Shown here: positions 36,278 through 45,441 of the stretch, piece by piece
Layout: every line of letters begins with the position of its first letter
How positions within the stretch are numbered: position 1 is the first letter of the stretch
Assembly (NCBI GenBank): GCA_021794235.1
Contig: JAJYRE010000020.1
Location: forward strand, 1-59,184
Direction: 5' to 3'
DNA from: Nanobdellota archaeon
GTDB lineage: Archaea; Nanobdellota; Nanobdellia; Parvarchaeales; Parvarchaeaceae
Length of the DNA stretch: 59,184 nt
Notes under the pieces: generated by a model
What the model was told of the DNA's origin: nothing
What the model saw: only the letters and a program-made list of their open reading frames with translations
The model's database searches: none
Made by a program: the position numbers and the translations under genes

Positions 36278-37164
36278 AGGATCTTCTTCAGCGCTTCGGC
36301 AATGAGGGGTGACACGTCTATAGTCTCAGAATACTTGCACGGGACGGTGTTTGTCCCCACCACCCTCGAAATCCCGCTTTCAACCATCCGTTTGTATGTC
36401 TCTTCACTTATCAGGAGGTGGGACGCTGCTACCGCGATATCCCCGGCGCCGTTGAGCTTCGCGAATTTTGCCGCCTGTATGACGGTGTTCCCCGTGCTCA
36501 CTATGTCGTCGATTATCAGTACGTCCCTTCCCTCAAAACGGAAGTTCTGCTCGCCGACCAGTCTGACCTCTCCTGTTTTCCTGTCCCTCTCCTTCTCCAG
36601 CTGTGTAAACTGTACTTTCAGGACCGATGCGATGTCCATCGCCTTTGAAAGTGCACCCTTATCAGGAGCGAGTACAACCATGTCCTTCGATCTTTTTCCA
36701 AACAATTCGGCAAAAAGACTGATTGGATCGACTATCGCGTAGTTGCCGTTGAACGATTTTATTGATTCCTGCCTGTGAGGATCGACAGTGACGATAGCAT
36801 CGGCTTCTTCACTGCGCAGCATCCTTAAAATGACTTCGATGCTTATCGGTTCCCCCGGCAAAAACCTCTTGTTCTGTCTCGAATAAGCAAGATAGGGCAT
36901 CACTAACACAATACTGCCTGGCCTGTACCCCTTTACCGCGTCCATAGTGAGGATAAGTTCGATTATATGTTTGTCCTGTGGAGGATATAACGACTGTACT
37001 ATAACCGCCGTCTTATCGGAAACATCCACCGGCACGCGTATGTATGATTCCCCGTCCGGCAGCGTTCTTGATTCTACCTTTACCAGAGGGACATTGAGGA
37101 TTTCGGCTACGCCATCGGCTATTCCATTGGTTGCCGTGCAGGCCACAACGACTACGTTGTCCAT
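36274..37164 (-). CDS. prs: ribose-phosphate pyrophosphokinase
   Basis: Prs motifs: DGESYIRV, MPYLAYSRQ, TVDPH, DVLIIDDIVSTGNT. I trimmed the start to Met55 (MDNVVVVAC). A TATA-like tttaata lies about 22 nt upstream on this strand, and the longer ORF (to 37326) would run through the neighbouring divergent promoter. Confidence 0.85.
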   Translation of the reverse strand: MDNVVVVACTATNGIADGVAEILNVPLVKVESRTLPDGESYIRVPVDVSDKTAVIVQSLYPPQDKHIIELILTMDAVKGYRPGSIVLVMPYLAYSRQNKRFLPGEPISIEVILRMLRSEEADAIVTVDPHRQESIKSFNGNYAIVDPISLFAELFGKRSKDMVVLAPDKGALSKAMDIASVLKVQFTQLEKERDRKTGEVRLVGEQNFRFEGRDVLIIDDIVSTGNTVIQAAKFAKLNGAGDIAVAASHLLISEETYKRMVESGISRVVGTNTVPCKYSETIDVSPLIAEALKKIL

Positions 37165-37223
37165 ACCATTAGTAGGATCTTGGCTATTAAATCGGTTTTT
37201 TGGGTCCATAGCAGACAGGTTTG

Positions 37224-37232
37224 TTTTATATA
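37224..37232 (+). promoter_or_regulatory. TATA box of the pilin-signal surface protein gene
   Basis: ttttatata, 24 nt upstream of the ATG at 37256. Confidence 0.55.
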
Positions 37233-37255
37233 GAAAAAATTCTATAACTGGTATA

Positions 37256-39343
37256 ATGGTGGTCAGAACACAGTCTGCACTGGAATATATGATGACGTAC
37301 GGCTGGGCCATACTTGTAATTGTCATAGTCGCAGCTGCACTTTACGAGATGGGAATATTCAATCCGAATAACAGTCTTACTGAGGGATATACGGGATTTT
37401 CAAGCATGCCAATCCTAGGGCAGGTGTGTCTTTCAAACATCGGTTTGTTTGTATTCGTTGGAAATTCGGTGGGAAACGTTATAACCATAACGTCTGTTAA
37501 TGTTACGCTTCAGAACGGTTCCACTGTATCGGATAATCTGGACCTGACGGTGAGTCCGGACAGCGATATCCTGATTCCTATCCTCGGCGGGTGTCAAAAC
37601 AATGGAAATACAAACTATCATATATCTGCTACAGTAAACTATTATCTCACTGGATTACCGCTCAGGCAGAGCGGTTCCGCCACGGGGGTATTATACGGGG
37701 AAGTAACACAGAATATAAATAACGCACCGGCAGCTGTCAGGTCTCTTTTCTCGGTATCCTACGCGTTTGCAACGCCGTATATAGGTGTTCCGTTCCAGAC
37801 GCAGGAGTACTATGCAAATGGCGTCTTTATAGGCAAGGTGGCTTCCGCATTCCCTACACCGCTCAGCGATCTTAACAATGGATATATACAGTGCGGCAAG
37901 CCGTACAACACACAGGGTTATACGGCTGTTTCTGATGTGTACCTGACCAACGATTCGAGCTTTGAGATTCTCACCAACGACGGTACAACAGTCTTCTACA
38001 GGCCGGTATCCGGGGGCCCCTGGACGAGCGTATTCGGAAGTCAGGCATGGAAAGGTAATTCGGCGGGCCATTTCGGGCCTACGACCGTGCATCTGGCATC
38101 GGGCGAGTACGAGGTCGCGGTCGACTGGATAAACATATGCAGTGGAGGGGTAAGTGCTATAGACGTAAAGGGCGGCCTTCCGGCTTCTAACTACTGGAAC
38201 GTAACTGTCTGGACTCCGAAGGACAACCAGGTCGATCTGCTTTCGTATCAGAATGTGACTTTTAATCCGGCTTATCCGGCAAATATATCGGTAGAGCAGA
38301 TCGGAAACTGGAGCAGTAAGCTGTCGGTGGACAGCTGCAACTCGAATAATTTCTGTACAACCATATTTGACGCATTCAACCTCCCTGCAAACACATCGTG
38401 GTGGGTGGACTACGCGGGCTCGAACGTGACAACAAAATCCAACTTTATATCTTTTACGGTTTCCAACGGAAACTACTCCTACCAGCTTGCCGAGCCGGCA
38501 GTAAACTCCAGCGGCTGCGTAAACAAGTACACCACAGCTACGTCCGGAAACCTTGCATCCGGATCCTCCTTACCTATATTCTACAGTCAATCGGAGAACT
38601 GCTATACTACGCTCAAAGAGAACAACCTGCCGAGCGGGGCACAATGGTCTGCGTCTATAAACGGCGTTCAGGATACGGCTTATTCGTCAAATAATCTGAC
38701 TTTTCAGAACAGCCCGGGTTCCTACTCCATCTCTATACCCAATGTAGTCTATTCGGGTGTGACATACCTTCCGTGCCCTTCATCAGGATACATAGCCGCC
38801 GGAACCTACGTTCAGATAAACTTTTCGACATCCTCATGCGGCTACGGCCTCGCTACTTTTGGGGAAGCGGGTCTGCCGTACGGCCTTAACTGGAGTGTTA
38901 ATTACAGCGGCGACCTCAAGGCCACAAATTCCTCAGCAGTCACACTCGTTGAGCCGTCCGGCTCCCATACATTTACTGTCCCGTATCCTACGCTGGCTTT
39001 TCTGCATACCGGCTGCACCATAAATTACACTGCTAACAGCGTTACCGGCACCCTTTCGACCGGGAGCCTCAGCACCATAAGCTTTTCAAAGTCGTACAAT
39101 TGCACTTCCGAGTTTATCGCGCACGGCCTGCCAGCCGGAGCCCAATGGAATGCAAATTATTCGGATATACTGAAATCATCTAGCGTGTCCAGCATTAACT
39201 TCAGCACTACGCTTGAGGCCGCACAGTTCGGGATACCCACCGTTGCGTACGGTGGCAGCACATATTATCCCTGCCCGAACAATGGGACTCTTCCGAGTGG
39301 AAGTCTGCAAAATATATATTATGCAACAGTACAGAAGTGCTAG
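37256..39343 (+). CDS. surface protein with class III (archaeal type IV pilin-like) signal peptide and C-terminal GLPxGxxW repeat modules
   Basis: MVVRTQSALEYMMTYGWAILVIVIVAAALY is the archaeal prepilin-type N-terminus. The TATA ttttatata at 37224..37232 is 24 nt upstream of this ATG. Four ~80-aa C-terminal modules begin NLPANTSWWV, NLPSGAQWSA, GLPYGLNWSV and GLPAGAQWNA. Confidence 0.75.
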   Translation: MVVRTQSALEYMMTYGWAILVIVIVAAALYEMGIFNPNNSLTEGYTGFSSMPILGQVCLSNIGLFVFVGNSVGNVITITSVNVTLQNGSTVSDNLDLTVSPDSDILIPILGGCQNNGNTNYHISATVNYYLTGLPLRQSGSATGVLYGEVTQNINNAPAAVRSLFSVSYAFATPYIGVPFQTQEYYANGVFIGKVASAFPTPLSDLNNGYIQCGKPYNTQGYTAVSDVYLTNDSSFEILTNDGTTVFYRPVSGGPWTSVFGSQAWKGNSAGHFGPTTVHLASGEYEVAVDWINICSGGVSAIDVKGGLPASNYWNVTVWTPKDNQVDLLSYQNVTFNPAYPANISVEQIGNWSSKLSVDSCNSNNFCTTIFDAFNLPANTSWWVDYAGSNVTTKSNFISFTVSNGNYSYQLAEPAVNSSGCVNKYTTATSGNLASGSSLPIFYSQSENCYTTLKENNLPSGAQWSASINGVQDTAYSSNNLTFQNSPGSYSISIPNVVYSGVTYLPCPSSGYIAAGTYVQINFSTSSCGYGLATFGEAGLPYGLNWSVNYSGDLKATNSSAVTLVEPSGSHTFTVPYPTLAFLHTGCTINYTANSVTGTLSTGSLSTISFSKSYNCTSEFIAHGLPAGAQWNANYSDILKSSSVSSINFSTTLEAAQFGIPTVAYGGSTYYPCPNNGTLPSGSLQNIYYATVQKC

Positions 39344-39389
39344 ATGGCGGTTTCTAATTATAATATACAAATCACTTCTTATCAGTGAT

Positions 39390-39401
39390 AAAGTATTTAT
39401 A
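39390..39401 (+). promoter_or_regulatory. BRE/TATA promoter box AAAGTATTTATA (kinase-like paralog 1)
   Basis: Exact 12-mer shared with 46934..46945. Lies 22 nt upstream of the ATG at 39423. Confidence 0.6.
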
Positions 39402-39422
39402 TGATTTTTGTTCATAAAATTG

Positions 39423-40034
39423 ATGTATATGGCAAACACTCTACTCGATTCGATACTGGAGAAAAAGGTTGATTGGAACGGCGCCGACGTTATCTTCAGG
39501 GGCGACCTTGAGAGGGATGTGTGTAAATCATACATATATTACAGGCATCACGGCATAATGTTCAAATCTTCAAAGAACTCGGAAAAGCAGAACTCCGATA
39601 TAAAGGAGGAATACCTCAGACAGAACGAACTGCACTCCGTGGATCCAGAGCATACTGCAAGACCATACGCTCTGGTACTGGACGATTCCGGCAATTCGCT
39701 GAAGCCGATAGGCTATCTCATGGAGTTTATTGACGGCGTAGACCTCTCCGATTATATGAGAGACGCAAAAGCAAGGAATAACAGGGCGGACAGCTCGATA
39801 ATCAGCCAGCTGGAAAAAACCGTCTCGAAATTCCATTCAAGGGGATTATACCACGGCGACATCCATGAGAATAACATCCGTGTAACAAACGACCACAAAA
39901 TCAAGATGATAGACCCTTATGTATGGCACAACAGGAGCGGGGAATTCTGCGTAAACGTAGACAACGACGAGGTGAGCGTACTGGCAAAAATGATGCTGCA
40001 GGATCCGGCGGAGGCCGTCTCATACCCGTTTTAA
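39423..40034 (+). CDS. minimal protein-kinase-like protein (RIO/Bud32/Kdo-like fold), paralog 1
   Basis: Hinge-like YLMEFIDG, catalytic loop HGDIHENNIRV, metal-binding IKMIDP, candidate beta3 Lys (IMFK) and helix-C Glu (IKEEY). No Gly-rich loop. The start is 39423 or 39429; the track's TTG at 39408 lies inside the promoter. Confidence 0.6.
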   Translation: MYMANTLLDSILEKKVDWNGADVIFRGDLERDVCKSYIYYRHHGIMFKSSKNSEKQNSDIKEEYLRQNELHSVDPEHTARPYALVLDDSGNSLKPIGYLMEFIDGVDLSDYMRDAKARNNRADSSIISQLEKTVSKFHSRGLYHGDIHENNIRVTNDHKIKMIDPYVWHNRSGEFCVNVDNDEVSVLAKMMLQDPAEAVSYPF

Positions 40035-40047
40035 CCCGCACTCTCTT

Positions 40048-40623
40048 ATGGTACAGGAAGACAACAATTTGAGCATCATACTGTTCAGGGAGTCCAGGCA
40101 GTATAATGAAAAACTCGCGTCGCTGCTTGAAAAAGGACGCAACCCCTCCAATCTGCACGGCACCTACTTTTTGGACGACGACAGCATAGAGTGCTATATC
40201 GACAATATAGCCGTCTCTAAGTACGGCAGCGTTGTCAGGGAAAACGAGGACCTGATAAAGTTCGCTGACAGCGGAATCGTCGGATCGGAGTTCGCAAGAA
40301 AACTGGAGGATCATATAGACAAAGAACTGAACTACCGGATTAAGAAGAACATAGACCTTATTGTGGTGCACGAGCTTACCCACAGACTGTCCGGATACCC
40401 CCATCCTAAAAGTTTCTATAAACTACTGGAGAGCGAGCTGTCCAGGGCCAGGCAGGCGGGAAGCGGAGATAACACCGAGAACAAAGATGTTTTCGTGAAC
40501 GATTTTGATAACCCGGAGGCGAAGAAACTGCTGTCGGCCAGGGGGATACAGTCCTACACCACCAGGGATTTCGATAGGGCCATAAAGAGGGCTGTAAGCT
40601 GGTACAGCGACAGCTATCTTTAG
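40048..40623 (+). CDS. putative small zinc metallopeptidase (HExxH)
   Basis: LIVVHELTHRLSGYPH contains an HExxH motif in a hydrophobic-helix context like the SprT/DUF45-type minimal peptidases. Lies 13 nt downstream of the kinase-like gene. Confidence 0.45.
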   Translation: MVQEDNNLSIILFRESRQYNEKLASLLEKGRNPSNLHGTYFLDDDSIECYIDNIAVSKYGSVVRENEDLIKFADSGIVGSEFARKLEDHIDKELNYRIKKNIDLIVVHELTHRLSGYPHPKSFYKLLESELSRARQAGSGDNTENKDVFVNDFDNPEAKKLLSARGIQSYTTRDFDRAIKRAVSWYSDSYL

Positions 40624-40667
40624 GATGTTATCTTAAGGCTTAAAACTATGGACTGGCATTTATTGCC

Positions 40668-41225
40668 ATGGCAGACGAGCCGCAGGAAACAATCAAGAAT
40701 ATACTCAATGCCACCGAGATAAGCCTGATACTGGATACCTATGACGATATATTCTCCGACTTTGACCCCCGCCCGTACAACGAACGCTCCCTTTCCGAGG
40801 ACTTTCTCGCGGAGGCAAAGCGCGCTGCGAGGGATAAAGGTGTCAACCTGGAGCTGCGTTTTTTGGTCCCGAACAGCGCCAGAAACACGCAGCAGGAGGA
40901 GCGCATAAAGCACAGGCTGAGGGCCCATTTCAAGAGCCATTACAACCAGATAACTGGTGAGATAGCAGCGTACAGAAAGCAGGCGATGATACTGATTATT
41001 ATAGGTACGATCATAGGCCTTGTAGAGGCGTTCATACTGTCTTCATCGAACTCCTTCGGACTCGACACTTTGTTCACCGGCCTGGGAATAGTGCTTACGC
41101 CCGCCAGCTGGTTCAGCATATGGACTGGCGTTGAACATCTTGTGTACACTCCCAAGGATATGATTTCCGACGAAGCATTCTACAAGAAGATGGAAACCGT
41201 GAAGATAACCTTTACCTCCTATTAA
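40668..41225 (+). CDS. hypothetical membrane protein (soluble N-domain plus 2 C-terminal TM)
   Basis: 185 aa. TM spans MILIIIGTIIGLVEAFIL and GLGIVLTPASWFSIW. No family recognised. Confidence 0.5.
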   Translation: MADEPQETIKNILNATEISLILDTYDDIFSDFDPRPYNERSLSEDFLAEAKRAARDKGVNLELRFLVPNSARNTQQEERIKHRLRAHFKSHYNQITGEIAAYRKQAMILIIIGTIIGLVEAFILSSSNSFGLDTLFTGLGIVLTPASWFSIWTGVEHLVYTPKDMISDEAFYKKMETVKITFTSY

Positions 41226-41256
41226 GCTCGAAAAGATCTCACCGATGCGGCCGGTT

Positions 41257-41805
41257 CTAGATGCGAGTCGTTCTTTCTCTGATGTACGGGTGCATTTTAT
41301 CCGCTATGCCCCTGAGCTGGTCAAGCTCTTTTTTTGAGAAGTAGCTGCCGGATGCACCCTCTACGCTCTCTACAAATGCGCGGGGCAGTGATATTATCGA
41401 ATGCGTTGACATGCCTATAAATTTTGGTATCAAGTCATAAAGCTCCAGCGTAGTCTCGCTGCTGCCCGTATAGTCGGTAAGGCTACCCGCCTTAAACAGC
41501 CTCTTTAGCGAATCCTGAAGCCTTGGCTGTAGCTTCCCCATCTCCTTCTCGTGGATCGCTATCTTTCTCGATACGTAATGGGTATAGTCTATCAGAAACC
41601 CGATGTCATCGTACGAGTGCACTTTATCGCTGCAGCCGAGATAATCAAGGACGCCGCCTGCGACCGAGCGAAGCAGATATTCCCTGACGGAAGTGGTCAT
41701 GTTCCTGTCGTCATTCTTTTCCGCCGAAAAAACAAGGAGGGAATCAAGCACGTTCTTATCCAGCCTTCCTTCCTCAAATATCTTGTCTAAATCATTATTC
41801 CGCAT
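41257..41805 (-). CDS. hypothetical protein
   Basis: 182-aa ORF with a TATA-like sequence about 25 nt upstream on its strand. No recognisable motifs. Confidence 0.5.
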   Translation of the reverse strand: MRNNDLDKIFEEGRLDKNVLDSLLVFSAEKNDDRNMTTSVREYLLRSVAGGVLDYLGCSDKVHSYDDIGFLIDYTHYVSRKIAIHEKEMGKLQPRLQDSLKRLFKAGSLTDYTGSSETTLELYDLIPKFIGMSTHSIISLPRAFVESVEGASGSYFSKKELDQLRGIADKMHPYIRERTTRI

Positions 41806-41920
41806 TATCTTATTATCCGGTTAAGATATAAAAATCTATCAAATCTGGAAAAATTCCAGAAGTAAAAACTTATAAGCGGACGGAATCTATAGATGTAATA
41901 ACTTCTTTAGGAATGAAATT

Positions 41921-42412
41921 ATGGAAGAACTTTACCAAAAGGCCACTACGAGAAAAAATGTCCAGGAGAGACGCAGCCTGGAGGCTCTTCTGAGGAGTGT
42001 GACCAAAAGACACGGCTTTATGCTGGTGGATTTCTCCCCGTACGAACACCACACAGCATATTCGCTGTACGACGAAAAAAGCATAGAATATGAGACTATG
42101 ACGGACAGGAACGGTGCAGGAGCAATTGTTAAGACGTACCCTGTCGCGGCAAGGATGCTCCTGGGAAACGAGAAGAACAGAGCATTCTACGTTGACGAAG
42201 GGGAAGTCCTGATGTACTGCGCGGATGACTACTACAAGGATATTTTCGGGGAATATGAAAGGATGAAAAAGCTGTCTCTGGACCTTGAGGACGCGATAGG
42301 CGCGAAATTCGTACTGAATCAGCCCGATAGAAGCATTGAGGGGGCACACGAACTATACGAGAAGAGGACGGGACGGATAATAAGGTACTCCAGGGACCCG
42401 GATTCGCTGTGA
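41921..42412 (+). CDS. hypothetical protein
   Basis: 163-aa ORF. No recognisable motifs. Confidence 0.5.
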   Translation: MEELYQKATTRKNVQERRSLEALLRSVTKRHGFMLVDFSPYEHHTAYSLYDEKSIEYETMTDRNGAGAIVKTYPVAARMLLGNEKNRAFYVDEGEVLMYCADDYYKDIFGEYERMKKLSLDLEDAIGAKFVLNQPDRSIEGAHELYEKRTGRIIRYSRDPDSL

Positions 42413-42463
42413 AAGACGCAATTCGTCAAAAAGATTTATAATCTGAATGAATCATAGTCTTAT

Positions 42464-42859
42464 ATGAAGCACGAATATGACCGCAGGTACAGCGGATATT
42501 ACGCAAGCGCATACGGTAAAAAGTTCGTTAAGATCGCAGAATTCCTTACAGATAACGGCTTTACGGTAAAGCCGAACCCACGTGTCAGCAGCCATGGATT
42601 ATACACAACGGTCGATATGCTCGCAGTACAAAACCGCAGGGATTCTATTTTGAGCAGGAGAAAAAAGATAGCGGTGGTTTTCAGAAACGGATATCTCTCT
42701 TCGGACAGTCTTCTCGGATTGTATTTTGCGAAGGCAGCCAGGAAATACGCGGTCGGCGACGGCTGGTTCAACGACCTGGAAAAATCGGCAGAAGAGGAGG
42801 ATATAACCCTCTTGAGCACTGCGGATTTGAACGAGAAGACTCTGGAAGACATGCTTTAA
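42464..42859 (+). CDS. hypothetical protein (possibly a degenerate restriction-endonuclease-like fold)
   Basis: 131 aa with TATA atttata 23 nt upstream. The GKKFVKIAEFLTDNGFTV...VDMLAV...IAVVFRNG layout loosely resembles Hjc/Mrr-type cores but lacks a clear (D/E)xK. Confidence 0.45.
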   Translation: MKHEYDRRYSGYYASAYGKKFVKIAEFLTDNGFTVKPNPRVSSHGLYTTVDMLAVQNRRDSILSRRKKIAVVFRNGYLSSDSLLGLYFAKAARKYAVGDGWFNDLEKSAEEEDITLLSTADLNEKTLEDML

Positions 42860-42900
42860 TCGGGGTTTATTTCAAAGTTGATGAAAAATTAGGGGAAAAA

Positions 42901-43434
42901 ATGGCACTAAACAGATTTTTCGATAAATTGGATGATATCAGAACGGGCATCGCCGAGCCGGAGTGCATGATAAACAGCGCAGACATATCCCGTCTCGGAA
43001 CAATGGACGAGATTCTTGTCGGCGCCGCGGAACATCTGGCTTTATCACACGGCATGTGGAGGTACAAGACAGACTTTACGGTGTATGAAAAGAGCCTGAA
43101 AGGGGACAACGGCGAACGTATAAAGGTAAGGATTCATGACTACGCAAAGGATGGTGAACCGAAATGGAGAATAGAGGAGATTTCCGTAAAAAAGAATCTG
43201 CTGCAGAGATACAAACCGGTAATGTCCTATTCATCGTATACCGATGCCAGTGCCGCGATTCCGGATTATATTGTACACGGAAAATGGGAAAAATCCATTG
43301 TAGACGGATATAACAGGATTCATAAGGCCAGCCCGGCCGGATTCGCCCTGATTCTTGGAAAGAACGAGAGGATCGTCGACGCGGAGCCGGGCGTAAAAAC
43401 CCTGTGTTATGACGGGGATGATGGGTGTAAATAG
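42901..43434 (+). CDS. hypothetical protein, tandem paralog A
   Basis: 177 aa. Shares ordered blocks with the next gene: AAEHLALSHG/TATHLAKIHG, GERIKVRIHDY/GQRIRIIYSAY, ISVKKNLLQRYKPVM/VSVKNGVFGEYRTVM, HGKWEKS/HGDWENT. Confidence 0.5.
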   Translation: MALNRFFDKLDDIRTGIAEPECMINSADISRLGTMDEILVGAAEHLALSHGMWRYKTDFTVYEKSLKGDNGERIKVRIHDYAKDGEPKWRIEEISVKKNLLQRYKPVMSYSSYTDASAAIPDYIVHGKWEKSIVDGYNRIHKASPAGFALILGKNERIVDAEPGVKTLCYDGDDGCK

Positions 43435-43436
43435 AC

Positions 43437-44006
43437 ATGGAAGACAAAATTAACGCACCAAGCAAAAAGACTCTTGATAGGGTACTGGCAAACACGGCCA
43501 CGCACCTCGCTAAGATACACGGGAAGTGCAAACTGGATTCCGGTGAAGGAGAATGCAGGATTGATCTCAGGAAAGACGATGGCCAGAGGATAAGGATAAT
43601 ATACAGTGCATACCGGAGCAATAACACACCGAATCCGGAATTATACGAGACTGTGGTTTCCGTCAAGAACGGTGTATTTGGGGAATACAGAACGGTTATG
43701 AGATTCTTTGGCCCCAGGCAGTATGAAATCGGCCCGTGGATAACGGAGCACGGAGACTGGGAGAATACACTGCTGAATGCAGATGAAAAAATATACTATG
43801 AGAAGAGTAAAAAGAGCAGCGACCCTGAAAGGACAGGTGCGGACCTCCTTACGCTAAGGTACGATGGCAATTTAAGAATCGTCGGTTTCGGGATTTCGGG
43901 CCCTAACTCCAGGATGTACGGATACAATTACGATACGGACTTTCCGTGTATTTATCTTGGCATGAATGAGCCGCTTGGCGAGCCCGTGGAAAAATCGCAG
44001 GATTAA
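43437..44006 (+). CDS. hypothetical protein, tandem paralog B
   Basis: 189 aa. Starts 2 nt after paralog A ends. See the shared blocks listed for 42901..43434. Confidence 0.5.
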   Translation: MEDKINAPSKKTLDRVLANTATHLAKIHGKCKLDSGEGECRIDLRKDDGQRIRIIYSAYRSNNTPNPELYETVVSVKNGVFGEYRTVMRFFGPRQYEIGPWITEHGDWENTLLNADEKIYYEKSKKSSDPERTGADLLTLRYDGNLRIVGFGISGPNSRMYGYNYDTDFPCIYLGMNEPLGEPVEKSQD

Positions 44007-44068
44007 TCCCAAAAAAGCAAGTTTTTGCCACGCAGTCAGCTTAATAATTTATACTGCCTAATCTGGAT

Positions 44069-44608
44069 ATGCTGATAAAATTGAAAGACGGCAGAACATT
44101 GGATATCAGTACACCTAAACTCGCAGCTTACAAACTTGCTATAAACAGTAAAAATGGTTCAAAAAGCTACGTCGTAAGCAGCTATCAGCTTAAAGTTTAT
44201 GACGAAAGAAAACTCGTGGGTAACATCAATGTGAGACGTCCGATGACAATGCACAGATTCTATTATAGTAAACACGTCGGGGAGACAGGGTATTACATCG
44301 CAAAGGAGTTTAGAGGTACAGGACTGTCTTACTTCCTGTTATATTCTATAGGTACCTTTGTAGCTAAGAAGGGGGTGGAGCTAATACTGGCCTCTATAGA
44401 GCCGAAAAACCTCGCTTCGGTGCGGGTATTTAAGAACTGTGGTGGAAAAGAAGTCGGCGTCTTCAAGAGAGTAATAAAAACCAGAAAGGGTTATGAGGAC
44501 AGGATGTGGTTTTCGGTCCCTACTGAGAGACTCGTGAAAAATAGCATGCGTATTTGGCAGAAAAAAGGCGTAAAGATTGTCAAAAAACAGCCGTTCAGCA
44601 TCGCATGA
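44069..44608 (+). CDS. GNAT-family N-acetyltransferase
   Basis: Acetyl-CoA motif A context: YYIAKEFRGTGLSYFLLYSIGTFVAKKG, followed by ASIEPKNLASVRVFKNCGG. Confidence 0.65.
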   Translation: MLIKLKDGRTLDISTPKLAAYKLAINSKNGSKSYVVSSYQLKVYDERKLVGNINVRRPMTMHRFYYSKHVGETGYYIAKEFRGTGLSYFLLYSIGTFVAKKGVELILASIEPKNLASVRVFKNCGGKEVGVFKRVIKTRKGYEDRMWFSVPTERLVKNSMRIWQKKGVKIVKKQPFSIA

Positions 44609-44678
44609 TTGGAGATGCGCCAGTAGAATGTTCTTATAGGCCAGAATGACAACTTGAGGATTCTTATGGTCACGGGGA

Positions 44679-45299
44679 TCATTTTTCAGGATTATAACCT
44701 TCTACTGTTTCTCCGCAGTATTTGCACCTAACGTACTTCGCTTTGCTGTCGTAGACAAACATGCCGGAACAGTTCTCACTTATGAACATCGAGCCTATAA
44801 ACTTGGGGATCCCATTCGACCCGTCGGCGGGGGTTTTTGAATCGGTCAGATAATCCACAAACCTGCTCATATCGTCAAGCAGCTTCCTGCTGTCTTCAGT
44901 TACCATTATACTTGCATTGACATATCCCAGTTTCATTTTGCCCTTTGAGTTGATGTACTTGTCTATATCGTTAGTCCATCCGTTGTCTACCGTCTTTGAT
45001 CCTACATCGTAAAATTTTAGCACCCTGTAGATTCCAACCTTTTCCGATGACGGGTTGTCAAGGTTCTTAATATATAGATCATCCGCCGGCAAGTTAGCCT
45101 TTTCCTCCAGTTTTGCCAGAATCTCCTCTATAGTGGAGCCCCTGGTTGTTATTTCTGAGTGGTGTTTGTACCCGTAGAGCATTTGACCTTTCTTCTGGGG
45201 TATGAGCTTTCTCCTGTCATATCTTTTTATTTTGTTGTAGGTATCGATGTCCCTGCTATACTCGGAAAGATCCGCTCTGCCAGTTTCGTTTATTCCCAT
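44679..45299 (-). CDS. hypothetical protein
   Basis: 206-aa ORF with a C-terminal CSG...RCKYCGE cysteine cluster. No family recognised. Confidence 0.5.
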   Translation of the reverse strand: MGINETGRADLSEYSRDIDTYNKIKRYDRRKLIPQKKGQMLYGYKHHSEITTRGSTIEEILAKLEEKANLPADDLYIKNLDNPSSEKVGIYRVLKFYDVGSKTVDNGWTNDIDKYINSKGKMKLGYVNASIMVTEDSRKLLDDMSRFVDYLTDSKTPADGSNGIPKFIGSMFISENCSGMFVYDSKAKYVRCKYCGETVEGYNPEK

Positions 45300-45441
45300 T
45301 TCAATGTCTCCGGTCGGATATAACAGTATTGAGGAGACATATTATATTAATAATTTGCAGAATCGGTTGTCCGTGTTATTTTGCTGAAGTGTCAATTGTA
45401 CAGTGTCTACAGCGGGATGGCGCAAAGTCCTGTTTAGGAGG

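Noticed and set aside
36947-37255. The 5' extension of the 798-aa ORF (track start 36947), which overlaps prs on the opposite strand.
   Set aside because: The extension has no protein-like features and runs antisense through the prs N-terminus. A TATA box at 37224..37232 and a textbook class III signal peptide begin at the internal ATG 37256, so the gene starts there.
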